64,000 nucleotides of DNA from Heteronotia binoei (GCF_032191835.1 NC_083243.1:101742001-101806000), one strand, 5' to 3'. Counted from the first letter of the stretch, positions 51,657 through 63,700 are shown. The notes: generated from the sequence alone by a model not told the origin. Made by a program: numbers and translations.

Positions 51657-53628
51657 CATAGTTACCCATCTTGATCTGATTCCTTTCATGTTATGCAATG
51701 CAACTCCCACAATCATCTCGAGGCTGGTGGCCAATGATGAGACTCCACAAACAAGGTACCTTTGCATCCATTGCCAACAGTATGGGGGCAGGGGGTTTCT
51801 TGAGATGACATCGGCCAGTCAGGATGTTCAGATTCCTTTCATGGTTGGTACTGCAACCCCACAATCATCCAGAAGCTGTTGGCCAATTTTTAGGCCCCTA
51901 GCTTTATTTTCCGGTAAGTTATGTGTGCCGTGGACAAATGGACATCTCCTTTTACAAAGAATATAATATAAAGAACATAATAAAATACCTCTAGGCTTAT
52001 TTTGCTTTTGAATCCAGCCTTTTACCGTAAGCTGCTTCAATATCACTGTTGCCTTATCCTTGAATTATAAGTAGTCAGCCAACACATTTTTCCAGAAACT
52101 GACAAAATCTATTTTTCTAGTGCAGATACTAGATGTGGGCTGGTAGAGGACAATACCAGGTGCTGCTGGGCACCTGCTTTCCATATTTGGGCTGAAGAGG
52201 TGAAGTTGAGTGCTACTATGTATGTGCCCTCCCCCCTCTGCTACACTGTGCCCATATTGGCACAGGATGAAGCCAGATCCCCCTGGTCCCCCTCAGTGGC
52301 CACACCTTGCCCCAACTGCCTCTAGACAAGCTAGCTCCTCCTTGCTAGCCACACAGCGCCCTGACTAGCAGGGCAGAGATGGATCCCATCATCTGCACAC
52401 TCCTCCTCCTCCTCAGCTGCACCACACACAGATCAGTGCAGACTGGAGCTGGGGACTTCAGTGCACCTCCTCACTAGCCACACTGCACTCAAGCTGACAG
52501 TGGACAAAGCTGGGCACCTATCATCCCCGTGTTCTTCCTCACTAGCCACACTGTACCTGAACTGCCAGTGCAAAGGGCAATGCTGTGACTATGCTCCACC
52601 TCCTCAGCTGAATTTCACCAGGGCCAGCAAAGGGGAAAGCTCTTCCTTGCCAACTGCATCCAGGCCCATATAGAAGGCCATTGCTGTGCCCACGCCCCTC
52701 CTCATGGACAAGTTCAATACTGGGCTGTTTTAATGAAGAACAAAGCTCTAGGCTGCCTTGTTCCTTCTTGTCAGGCACCCCACATCTAGTCTGGCAGGGA
52801 AAAGTCAGGTACCACTGTGCCCATGCTCCTCCTTCCCCAGCCACCCTACACCAAGGCTGGTATTCAGTTGGGTGCTACAGTATGCACCACAGTATGTACC
52901 ACCACACTCGGATCTGTGCAACATGAAGATGAGAGCCCCCAACTTCCTCCTCAGTGACCACATTGTGTCCCAGTTGCCACTGGGCACAGCTGGCACCAAC
53001 ACACTCCTGCTGGCTGGGCTGTTGAGGTGAAGCTGGGTGCCATGACATCCATGCCCTCCTCAGCTGCACTGTGCCCAGATCAGCACAGAGTGAAGCTGGG
53101 TGCCACTCCTTCCATGCCCCTCCTCCTCAGCTGGTTGCCTTTATGGCAGCACTGCAACTGGGCTGGCACAGGATGAGGTCAGCCAGCAATGTGCTCCTCA
53201 CCAGCAGCACCTAGGCTGTGTTCCAAGCCAGGCAGTGCCAGTGGACTTGGTATACTCTTCCTTGCTGGCCACACTTTGCCTATGCTGGGGAAGCAAAAGT
53301 GGGCATCACTGTTTGTGTACTTCTTGCTGGCCACACAGTGCCCAAACTGCCAGTGGAGGAAGCTGGGTGCTGCCATGCCTATGCTGCTCCATGCTAGCCA
53401 TGGCAGGTCTGGGCTGGCAATACAAAGCTGGGCACTGCCTAGTCTATGCTTCTGCTCCCCAGCTGCATGGCACCCAGGGTGGCACAGGATAAAGCCAGGC
53501 AACCAACTGCTTCTCTTTACTAGCTGCACCCATGCTCCTCCTTGCTAGTTTTACCACGCCCAAATCAGGACAAAGCTGGGCACCATCTAGTTCATCCTTG
53601 TCAGCCACTCTACATTCAGGTTGGTGGG

Positions 53629-53787
53629 CAGGGCTGGCCCTAGACTGTCTGGCACTCTAGGCAAAGCTAATTTCTGGTGCTCCCCCTGATAATGTCACTG
53701 AGTCACATGGGGTGTCCAATTTGATGCCCCCCAGAAGGCAGGCACCTAGGGAATTGCCTAGTCTGCCTAGTGGCAGGGTCGGCCCTG
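53629..53787. mobile_element. hAT MITE
   Basis: TIRs CAGGGCTGGCCCT and AGGGTCGGCCCTG; TSD TTGGTGGG / CTGGTGGG (7/8). Confidence 0.85.
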
Positions 53788-54067
53788 CTGGTGGGACAAA
53801 GCCAGGCTGCACCTCACTCAGATGAGCACAGGGTGAAGCTGGGCCCCTCCATTCCAGCCATGCTCACACCATGCCTGGATAAGCACAAGGTGAAGCTACC
53901 CAGACTGCAGGGTGGAGCAGGGACATCTGGGGCAGGCACTCTTCTGAGACAGCAGTCCACTGGAATTTTGCCCAGATTTAAAAAGAAAAAAAAACCAAAA
54001 TCCATTCCTGGTGGAACCTTTCAGAAGGGCAGAGGAGAGGTTGGCACTTGGGACCAGACAGTCCTAC

Positions 54068-54710
54068 CTGAAGGTGAGACACTGGTCTCAACGGGAATCT
54101 CCACCCTGGAGATGGGAGAGTCATTCTGGGACCTATCCAGAAAGGCCCTTTCTATTTCCGGCTCCTCAGCAGAGCCCACCTGCTGGTAAGGGAGAGAGGG
54201 CAGAGGCTCAGGCGTCAAGCAGTGCTCTTCGGAATCCACCTCCTCGCACTTGATCTCCATCAGCTCTGCGGGCTGAGAATGGCGGAAGGGCATCGCGGAG
54301 GGGTCCAAGTGGTGATGGTAGTTTTCGACCATATTTCCTTGGAGCACTTGTTGAGCCGTCAGGCTGCTGCTGTTGGAGGCGCTGTAAGCCAGGGAAGGTC
54401 GGCTGGCTAGGACCCGATCCATCACGTCGTAAAACTTCCAGGTCCTGCCTCCGCGGGGGGCCTTGTTGTTGTCCTTGATGCGACGGTACTCCAGCTTCAT
54501 TTTCTTGATCTTCTCCCGACACTGGTCGCCGGTCCGGTGGATGCCCTTGTCCCGCAGCACCTCAGCGATCCGGTTGAAGACGTGCTGGTTCCTCAGGCAG
54601 CTCTCCAGCTCCGCCTGCACGGACTCGTCCGCCCACAGGTGCAGCAGCTCCACCACCTCCGGATCTGACCAGTTACTGCCCCGTTCGTACTTCTTGCCTC
54701 GGAAATCCAT
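54068..54710 (-). CDS. ACCS: ACCS-fusion gene coding exon 1: Myb/SANT-like (trihelix, Myb_DNA-bind_4-type) DNA-binding domain plus linker
   Basis: ATG at 54710 in a perfect Kozak context (GCCGCCATGG). Encodes MDFRGKKYERGSNWSDPEVVELLHLW...RTGDQCREKIKKMKLEY...WKFYDVMDRVL, the W/W/C trihelix pattern. Ends at donor CAG|GTAGGA (54068/54067), phase 1, in frame with the acceptor at 43312. That this exon is spliced to ACCS is inferred from frame and splice sites. Confidence 0.85.
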
Positions 54711-55450
54711 GGCGGCCCCTGACCTCTCAGCCCCCCGCCAGGACCAAAGCCGACAGCCGGTCTCCAAGGCAAAAAGGGTCAGTCGGGGGAAAGGAACGGG
54801 AGGGAAGCTACAACCCAGGCAAATAGTGCTTCAAACGCTGCGAGAAAAGCTACTGTGGGCCTGGAACGGGTCTGACCCGGTTTAGTTCGTTTGTGAAGCT
54901 TAGAGCGTTATGCAAAGGGGGCCGTGTTTAGGAAGAGGAGGAGATTGTCCTTTATTCGCCTCCTTCCTCTTTCCTCCGGCTGCGCAGGCCGCGGCGGGAT
55001 TTGGACCGGTTTGGCACGGCTCGGCACGGGTGCTACTCTTCTGCTAAGCAAACTCCCGGGTGAAGAAGGGGGGCAGGGGGAGCAGAGAGAATATGTTCAC
55101 ATCCGGTGCGCCTGCACATGCGTGCTGCCTTTATTCCGGGATAACTTTGGTCCGTGTCAATCACACGCGCCGCTCGCCGAGTTGAGGGAAGCCAGAGCGA
55201 AAGAAAGTGGAGCCCAGCGAATGCCTTTGGGGGCGGGGCAGAGTAGGGCTCCGCCTCCGAAACGGAATCAGTCCTGCCCTGCTTTTGCAATCTCCGTCGG
55301 GAGAGCCTCGAGAGGTTCTAGAGCCGCAGGTGGGCTGAGAAGGCGTTCGCATGGCCAAAAAGAAAAACGCTGCAAGAGCATCAGCGGTGGCAGCAGAGGG
55401 CGGTCGAGCGTTCTTCAGCAGTTTCCATTTTTTATCCCTTGGGCTTTAAA
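54200..55450. promoter_or_regulatory. CpG island / promoter of the Myb-ACCS gene
   Basis: Sharp rise in GC and CpG density in an otherwise CpG-poor region. GC box GGGGCGGGGC at 55230-55239, ETS-like ACATCCGG at 55099-55106, NRF1-like GCGCCTGCAC/GCACATGCGT at about 55108-55122. A candidate acceptor at 54762 would place 51 nt of leader before the ATG. Confidence 0.8.
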
Positions 55451-55798
55451 TTTAACTGTAAAACCTTTGCTGCTTAGGAGTAAACAGTCTTTCTCCCACA
55501 TTAAGTAACATTCAAGCTGCACTGCGCAATCCTACAGACGCTTTCGTCGGAGTAAACTCCTTACTTCTGAGTAGATGTGTTCCCAGCGGCTAGTGGTAGC
55601 CTTCTAGATTTCTGTCAGCATGCACGACAGGGCAGAAGAGAAATATATTTTTGAATTCTCCTCCCAGGCAGAGTTCCCTCCTTCGAAAAAAACAGAAGAC
55701 CTAGCCAGGCCCTGTTAGAGGTCCAGAGTAGCCTAGGCCACTTGTGGATTTTCAGGTCCCCAACTCCCCCCACCCCAAACCCTCCCCGAGTGACATAT

Positions 55799-55951
55799 GA
55801 GAGCCAGTGTGCTGTAGTGGTTAAGAGTGTGGGATTAGCATCTAGGTTCAAATCCCCACTTATTTGATGATAAAACGGAGGAGAGGGAAATTATGTTAGC
55901 TGCTTTGAGACCCTGTTGCAAAGGAAGGCAGGGTACAAATCAATTAAATAA
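55799..55951 (+). mobile_element. Decayed tRNA-derived SINE
   Basis: GAGAGCCAGTGTGCTGTAGTGGTTAAG head and an L2-like tail. Confidence 0.65.
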
Positions 55952-58636
55952 ACTAAAGAAATGAGGCTATAAAAACAAGTTGCAAAACTGATCAAATGCC
56001 AAAGAGCAAGCAAGGGTATCCATGTGAGGCTTAGGCCACAGGACTCACCCACCCTAGACTTTGCACCTCCCAGAGAACTCTCCTTCTGAGGATGCGGGTT
56101 GGTGTGAAAATGTGGTCAAAGGCGTTTGCAGTCACAGCCATGGATAGGTAGTGCCCGCCTGGAGACAGAAGGACAATTCAGAGCCTGCTGCGGAAAGCAG
56201 AGAGCCGGATTCTAGCAGGATAGTCTGCTAACCCATGGCCAAAGCAAAAAGGATGATCGGGCAATTTAAAGAGAACTGTGCATAATGCTTTCGTTTTCTA
56301 AAGGCCCACTTCATTATTTAATGAACGGGGGAGGGGAGATGGCTGTGTCCTGTTCAAGCTGCTAGTCTTTAAGGTTTTCTTGGCCATGGGGGGAGGGTCG
56401 GGGGGGGGAGTAGAAAGCACATGAGGCAAAATCTTTCCCAGTTTGCAGAATGCGAAAATGAGGTTTCTGCTGACATAGAGCTCTTCTTCAGATCTTGAAG
56501 TTCACTTCTTTCGGAACTTTTAAAAATGATGTTATACACCAAAACTGATATTATGAATCTTGGTAAAAAGCCTTGCCCTCTTGACTTCAGGAGCACCTAG
56601 GGGCTTAGACTTGTGTGTTACCGCAAGTTGAATGAAACCAAATAGCACTTTGCCTTTCTCTGTTTTGTTGCAGTTGAACGCTAATTAAAGCATTACAACA
56701 TTATGAGGGTGATCTGGGCACTTGCAGACTTGGTTCCCCTAATCAGTTTCCAGAGGCTGATAGTAAAAAATATGGGGGAAACATGCCTTACCATTGCCAG
56801 TATTCCTCTTCACAATACTCTTAAATTATAACCAATACATACCACACCTTTCTTTTAACAGTAGTGTTATGTTTTTAATGGCTGATAGATATTCAACTGG
56901 TGTAGCTTCCTCTAGCGTGGAAATACCATGATGTGGGAAAAGTCACTGCTTGCCTTTCAATACCAATTAAAGCGGCAGTCTTGCCCCCAAACTATAAAGA
57001 AAGGTTACGACACAAGTCTTTTTGTTGTATCACAGTCTGCGTTCAGCTGAATACTACTCTAAAACAAGTTCTCCCTAGATGGTTAAAGTCCTCCTACCCA
57101 ACACCTTCTAAGCACACGAGAGGTATCAGATTACATTTTGGAATTATATGCTTGCTAAATTGCAGAAAATGTAACTAGAAACTTTTACCATATTTGTAGC
57201 AAATGTGTAAGGCACTTACTTGAGAGCAGATACAGGTTTTTTTGTAGATTTTTCCATCTTTGGCCTTTCAGTTGGGATGAGCTAATGAAAAGACATCTCT
57301 GTAACTGACAGCAGTGTCTCTTCCACTGAAGTAAGGTTGAAGAGAACAACATTCAAGAGGCAGTGCGCTATAGTGTGAAGAGTGTCAGACTAGGTAGGGT
57401 CTGAGTGATCAGAGTTCAGAGATATGCACTCCGCCATGAAGGGCACTGAGTTACTTGGGAGCAGTCATGCACTCAGCCTAACATACCAGATGAGGTTGCA
57501 GTGATTATGTGGAAAAGAGAGCCACGGAACAAACATGCCAGTGAGAGCTGTGTTTACAACATTCCTGGAACAGGAGTTCTTGGAAGAATTAAAGGGAGAA
57601 TGTGACACACAGCTGTTAAACTCAAGCACTAGAACAAGAGTGCAAAGTGTGGCAGCATGAGCAGTGTCAGACAGCTTGCTCATGTCATTTGCTCAGCCTC
57701 TTGGGCTCTCACACTTTCTGCAAAGCATTCACAGCAAGAAGGTTTTATGAGATGTCTTGTTTCTAACAAATGCCTGCCTTTTCAAATTATGTTGTTATAT
57801 TTTTCCACCATACCATGAGCTATGCTCCTAATTATCACAAGGGTACACTCATGAAATAGCTGAAACTCACAGTAAGAAGCATCATCAATGCTTCATTTCG
57901 CACTAGGCTGATCTTCAGAGATATTTAAGACTTTGGGATTCTCATTATAAATAGAAGTTGTTCAGATGTAAATAAGAATATGGTTCTTCTCTTAGTTATA
58001 GCCCAGCAATTAATACTGTACGTTTGGTGGGGATGAGACTGGCCTACTTTCTCTTGCTTTCATATTGTTATTCCACTTCTTAAATTATTCCAAATTATTT
58101 CCGGATTTAGTATATATTCTCTGTGTTGTTCTATTCCTTCTTGATTTGCATAACTCATTATACATACTATACAACCTTTTGTAAAATAAAATCTTGGATC
58201 TTAAGGTCTTGTTTTACCTGTATATCCCCTGTTGTGTGCACAGAAGTTTGTTTTTGAAACAGCATAAATAGGCCCTTGATCTTGTGCCCTGAAATAAACT
58301 TGCCCTTGTCCAATCATAGTACAAGCAGATACACCATCTTATCAGCTGGTGCCTCTGAAGAAGCACAAGTAATAAAGCTTATGACAGTATCATGTGTCAT
58401 GGGTCAGCGGTGGTTTTGGCCAATTATGCATGACTGAATAGAACTCACAGGTATGTTTAGCTTTAAAAATCAGACCCCTGGAATCTGCAGGCACAATGAA
58501 ACATTTTTCTACTAATCTCTACAATTTACAGCTCAATCCAAAGATAAGGGGCGGCCAGCCGCGGCGTAGCTGCCACGCCACTAGTAGACTTCCTGAGGAC
58601 TTCAGCACGCTAGAGTGTGGGGAGGGAAGAGGCGTA

Positions 58637-58762
58637 GCTTACCGTGAGGGAGACGGTTGCCATGGCAATGCCGCTGGTGGAGGCACGCAAGGGAGGTGGA
58701 GGCAGCCGTAGGGGAGGGCCAGCCCACCCCCCCCCCCATTGGCCAGTCCTGGCGCATGCGCC
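58637..58762 (-). promoter_or_regulatory. Second promoter-like motif cluster (NRF1 palindrome, CCAAT, RFX X-box) ending at a GTAAGC donor
   Basis: GGCGCATGCGCC at 58751-58762; ATTGG at 58738-58742; GTTGCCATGGCAAT at 58656-58669; minus-strand ACG|GTAAGC at 58643/58642. Could instead be the interior of a transposon. Confidence 0.35.
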
Positions 58763-60055
58763 GTGGCTCATGACAGAGATGGGGAGAGGTGGCCCCAGAG
58801 AGACTGACAGTCATCCCCAACCCGCCCCAAACAGAGAACGGAGCCAATGATGGGCAGACCATCACAGGCAAAGGAGAGACGTCCCATCAACACGGGGAGG
58901 GAACAGGAGTGAGGTTGGGCACGCGCACACAAGACAGGCCTACACGGGACCATGGAGAAGCCATCCATCCCCTCACACCCTCTCGCTTTCAGAGACTCTG
59001 CCAATGGCAGGCAGACAATCAGAAAATACCAAGTGCAGGAGTTCGCTGTCATAGACAGCAGCTGGAATGTGTATCTGGGAGTGAGCAGCCCAGCAGCAGA
59101 CACCCCCACCCCAAAACCCCTTGTGCTGCCCTGATGCCCCCTGCCATGTGCACGGAACACCTCCCCCGAGGGCCGCAGAACTCAGAGTGCGAGTGCATCA
59201 GCCGCAGAACTCTCAGTCCACTTCATCAGCCCCCCCTTAGTGCCCTCCACACAACAGCCCTGTGGAGTCAGGTAGGCTGTCAGCCTGGGCATGCTGAGGA
59301 ATGGCACTCCCCTCCCCTCTCCAGCCACACGGGGGGCAGTGTGGCAGTTCATGGACCGTTTCCCTTCCCAAACCAAGTCTGCCCGTCCTCCCAGGCATTT
59401 CGTCGGAGAAGCCACTGACCGGGGGGGTGGGGTTGCCCAGGGAACGTGCAGCAGATGCCAAGCAGGGGAGACAACAGAGGGCATAGCTCAGACTTTATTT
59501 TTCCAGAACAGAGTGCAACAGTCACCCTAGGCAACTGGGCAGTCTTGCCATGGGCAGGGCTCCATTCTGAGTGGCAGGCAGAAACAGCTGAGGGAGTGGG
59601 GGGGGGGCGGTGGAGCAGCACATGCGGAAGCCTCTGTGTTGGAGTCCCACCTGCAAAACGGAGACAGAGATCAAGAGCACCTGCAAGGGCGGCGGATGGA
59701 AGAGCAGGCTGCGTTTCAGCAGGGCACTCTCTTAAATGGACAGTCTCTGACCCACCTCCTCGCAACGGGGCAGCTGCCACACACACCCTGTGCCCTGCCA
59801 GGGGTTGGGAATGTGGCAGAGGGCAGACCAAGGGAAGGGAGCAGGTGGCAGCACAAGGGAACGAGGTCAGCAGATGCCCCCTGCCTGAGCCCACTGCCTG
59901 GTTCAAGTGCCAGAGACACTCGCACACTGAGCGGTCGAGAGCGAGGGGAGGGGGAGGCTGGGGGGGAACAGTGGAACTTACCCAGCCTTGGGCTACAGTC
60001 CTCGCATGCAGAGCCTCCGGGAGCCCGGAACCTGTGGAGACCTGGAAATGAGCAG

Positions 60056-60737
60056 TGTCATGACTCGAGCCTCGGGTAGGAGACGGCTGCTGGTGTCCCG
60101 GCAGTCAGCCAGAACTCTTGCAGCCGGCTGAGGTTTTCAGGGAGCAGCACAGGCGTTTATCTTAAACAGTCCAATTAGTCAAAACCATAAATCAGTCCGA
60201 GCCAAGGGATGAGACAGAGAGCGTAAACGCAGGAATGCCAGGGGTTGGGTAGCCAGAGAGAGCAAAGCCGAATGAAGTCAAATTACCAAAGCAAGTCCAC
60301 AGAGCAAAGTCACAGTCCAGAGTTCCGAGGTCCAAGGTTCAAGCCGGGTCAGAAATATGCGGGTTCTCACAGGAGTCAAGAGGGTGCAGAGCGTGGTCAC
60401 GTCCCAGGAGGATCGTTCGTTGCCAGCACAGTTTGCCAAAGGGCCAGGATTGCAGATATACTGTGCTGGCTTGTTAACCCATTAGTATGCCGGGCTTAGA
60501 TCTCTTCTCCCCCGCATGCATGCTTCACTCCTTCTGTTTCTAATCTCCTGCCGTCTCCTTTCACGGAGCCGGCTAACAGGTGGTGGAGATTCAGGAGGGG
60601 ATGAGCTGGGGCCCGCTGTGGCCTGATCAGTTCCAGCTGGCTCCTGCTGCCGGCTTGCCTCCTCAGGACTTACGTCCAGGGCTGTTAAAGGCGCCTGCTC
60701 TGAGCTAGCAGGTGCTGGGTCAGGGGCAGGCATGACA
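60056..60737 (-). repeat. 3' LTR (682 bp) of the Ty3/Gypsy element
   Basis: Terminal inverted repeat TGTCATG...CATGACA; polypurine tract (AGGGGGGGGATAG on the minus strand, 60738-60750) immediately upstream. Confidence 0.88.
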
Positions 60738-63700
60738 CTATCCCCCCCCTCAGGCCCCCCCTCATCCAAACCGCCTGGCTTATCAGGGTAGGCCTCATGG
60801 AATTGCCGGAGCAGGTCAGGGGCATGCAGGTGGGTAGCCGGTTCCCAGGAACGATCTTCGGGGGGGTAGCCCTCCCAGTCCACTAGATACTGGAGCTGCC
60901 CTCGGTGCAGCCGGGAGTCCAGGATCTGATGGACCTCGTATTCCTCCGCATCGTCCACCAAAACCGGTGGTGGAGGAACATCTCGGTTAGGGTCCGGCGC
61001 GGCTGCGGGTTGGAGGAGGGAGCGGTGAAAAACCGGGTGTACCCGGAGGTGGACTGGAAGGCGTAGGCGGAACGCCACAGGGTTGATTTGTGCCTCGATC
61101 GGGAACGGGCCAATGAAGTGCGCAGTTAACTTGGAGAACCGGCCAGGGGTCCGGAGATACCGGGTAGAGAGCCAGACTGAGTCCCCGACCTTGAGGGATG
61201 GTCCTTCTTGGCGATGCCGATCTGCGGCCAGTTTATACGCGTCTTTGGCATGCTGAAGCTGGGCGCGCAGGAGGTCATGAAGCGCATGAAGTTCCTCTAT
61301 CCGGTTGTCTGCTGCGGGGACATCGGCGGAGGGGCCGAGCGGAGGGAAAAATCGGGGGTGCTGTCCGTAGTTGGCCGCAAACGGTGTGCTCTGTGTGGAG
61401 CTATGTACGGCATTGTTGTAGGCGAACTCCGCCAGTGGTAGCAGGGAGGCCCAGTTATCTTGTTGGTAACTGGTGTAACAGCGTAGGTACTGTTCCAGGG
61501 TTGTGTTGGTGCGTTCAGTCTGGCCATCGGTCTGGGGATGCTATGCGGAAGAAAAATGGAGCTCTGTCCCCAGACATTGTTGGAAAGCCTGCCAAAAGCG
61601 GGAGGTAAATTGCGGGCCCCGATCCGAAACAATCTGCTTGGGTAACCCATGTAGGCGAAAAACGTGGGCCAGATATAGCTGGGCGGTTTCTGGTCCCGAC
61701 GGTACTTTGGCGCAGGGGACAAAATGAGCCATCTTGGTGAATAGATCCACCACGACGAAGATGCACGTGTGCCCCTGGGATCGGGGCAGATCCACGAAAA
61801 AGTCCATGGACACAACGTCCCAGGGATCGGAGGGAGTAGGAAGGGGCTGCAGGAGACCGGAGGGCTTGGCAGGTATGTTCTTAGCCCGGCGGCAGACCTC
61901 ACATGAAGCCACGTACCGACTGATGTCCGCTCGGACACGGGCCACCAAAAGTCTCTGGTCAGCAGATGGGCTGTTTTGTGTTGCCCGAAGTGGCCGGCCG
62001 GGGGTGCATCGTGGGTGAGGCGGAGGATGCGGGATCGGAGAGGCCCAGGAGGGACGTATAACTGCTCCCGATGGTAGAGCAGCCCATTCCGGGTGGTCAA
62101 TTCTCCTTCAGTATCTTGCTGTGGTTCCTGCAGGTGCTTTTGGGCCCAGGGGTCTGTAGCCTGACTGGCCTGTATCTCGGCCACCAAGGCTGGTACAGTC
62201 AGGGTGGCGGCAAAGACCGTAGGTGGCAGGATGCTAGCCTCGGGGGCTTCTGTAGCGCTTGGGGTGCCATAATCTGGTCGGCGGGACAGAGCGTCGGCTT
62301 TCGGGTTTGGGGTGTGCGGGATGTATGAGATGGTGAAGTTGAACCGGGAGAAGAACAGGGACCACCGAATTTGTCGTTGGTTCAGCCGGCGGGTGGTCTG
62401 CAGGTGTTCTAAGTTTCAGTGGTCCGTGAATACTTGGACCGGGTGTCTTGCCCCTTCAAGGTGGTGACGCCAAACCTCGAAAGCCACCTTGATGGCCAAG
62501 AGTTCTCTTTCCCATATCGTATAGTTGCGTTCGGCAGTGGAGAGCTGCCGGGAGTAGTACGCGCAGGGCTGCCATGGCTGACTGGGGTCGTCCCGCTGGG
62601 AGAGCACGGCCCCGATGGCCACACTGGAGGCGTCTGCTTCCACCATGAAGGGTAGGCGAGGATCAGGGTATCTCAGGAGGGGACTGGAGGAGAAACGGCG
62701 CTTGAGGTTGCGGAACGCCTGGTCAGCTTCCAGGGTCCATTGGAAAGGTTCCTTGGGATGGAGGAGCCGAGTCAAGGGCTTGGTTAGGTTGGCGTATCCA
62801 GCGATGAACTGCCGGTAGTAGTTGGCAAAGCCCAGGAGGCGCTGGACGTCCTTCCGATTCTGGGGGGCTTGCCACTGAAGGATGGCGTCAACCTTCCTTG
62901 GATCCATCTGAGTCCCTTGGGGAGAGATGATGTGACCCAAGAACTCGACCGACGGGAGATGGAAGGCGCATTTTTCCAGCTTAGCATAAAGGCGGTGAGC
63001 TCTGAGCCGCTGTAGCACCTGTCGTACGTGTTGGACGTGTTCCTGCACGGAGGCGGAGTAGATCAAGATGTCATCCAGGTAAATAATCAGGAACCGGTCC
63101 AGAAGGTAGCGGAACACGTCATTCATGAACCGTTGGAACACGGCAGGGGCATTTGTGAGCCCAAATGGCATGACCAGGTGTTCGTACTGGCCATACCTGG
63201 TACCAAAAGCGGTCTTCCACTCGTCCCCAGCTTTAATACGGACCAAGTTGTAGGCCCCTCGGAGATCGAGCTTGGTGTAAATGGTAGCCCCTTTTACATG
63301 ATCGAGGAGCTCCGGGATCAGTGGAAGCGGGTAACGGTTCCGGATGGTGATTTTGTTGAGTGCCCGGTAGTCATTGCAGAGCCGTAAGTCTCCTGTTTTC
63401 TTTTTCACGAACAGGACAGGCGAGGACAATGGTGAGGTGGATGGTCGAATGAACCCGCGGGCCAAGTTCTTCTCCAAGTACTCCCGTAGGGCAGCCAGCT
63501 CCGGGTCCGCCATGGGGTATAGGCGGCCCGCTGGTAACGGGGCGCCGGGCATCAGGTCAATGGCACAATCGTAGGGCCGATGTGGGGGGAGCTGGTCTGC
63601 CTCCTTTTCGTCAAAGACATCTGCGAACTCCTGGTAGGGAGCGGGTAGTGTGGTGGCGGCCCCCAGGAGAATGGTGGGGAGCGAGGAGCTGGATGGACTA

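Noticed and set aside
54924-55508. 194-aa plus-strand ORF over the CpG island
   Set aside because: Starts at a non-ATG codon and has the low-complexity G/R/A composition typical of CpG-island artefacts.
57272-57330. Plus-strand segment bounded by TTTCAG and GTAAGG, possibly from a divergent transcript
   Set aside because: Splice-like motifs alone are common, and there is no coding signal or partner exon.
58500-60079. Several overlapping 130-210 aa ORFs
   Set aside because: GC-rich sequence open in many frames on both strands, with no domain motifs; expected by chance.
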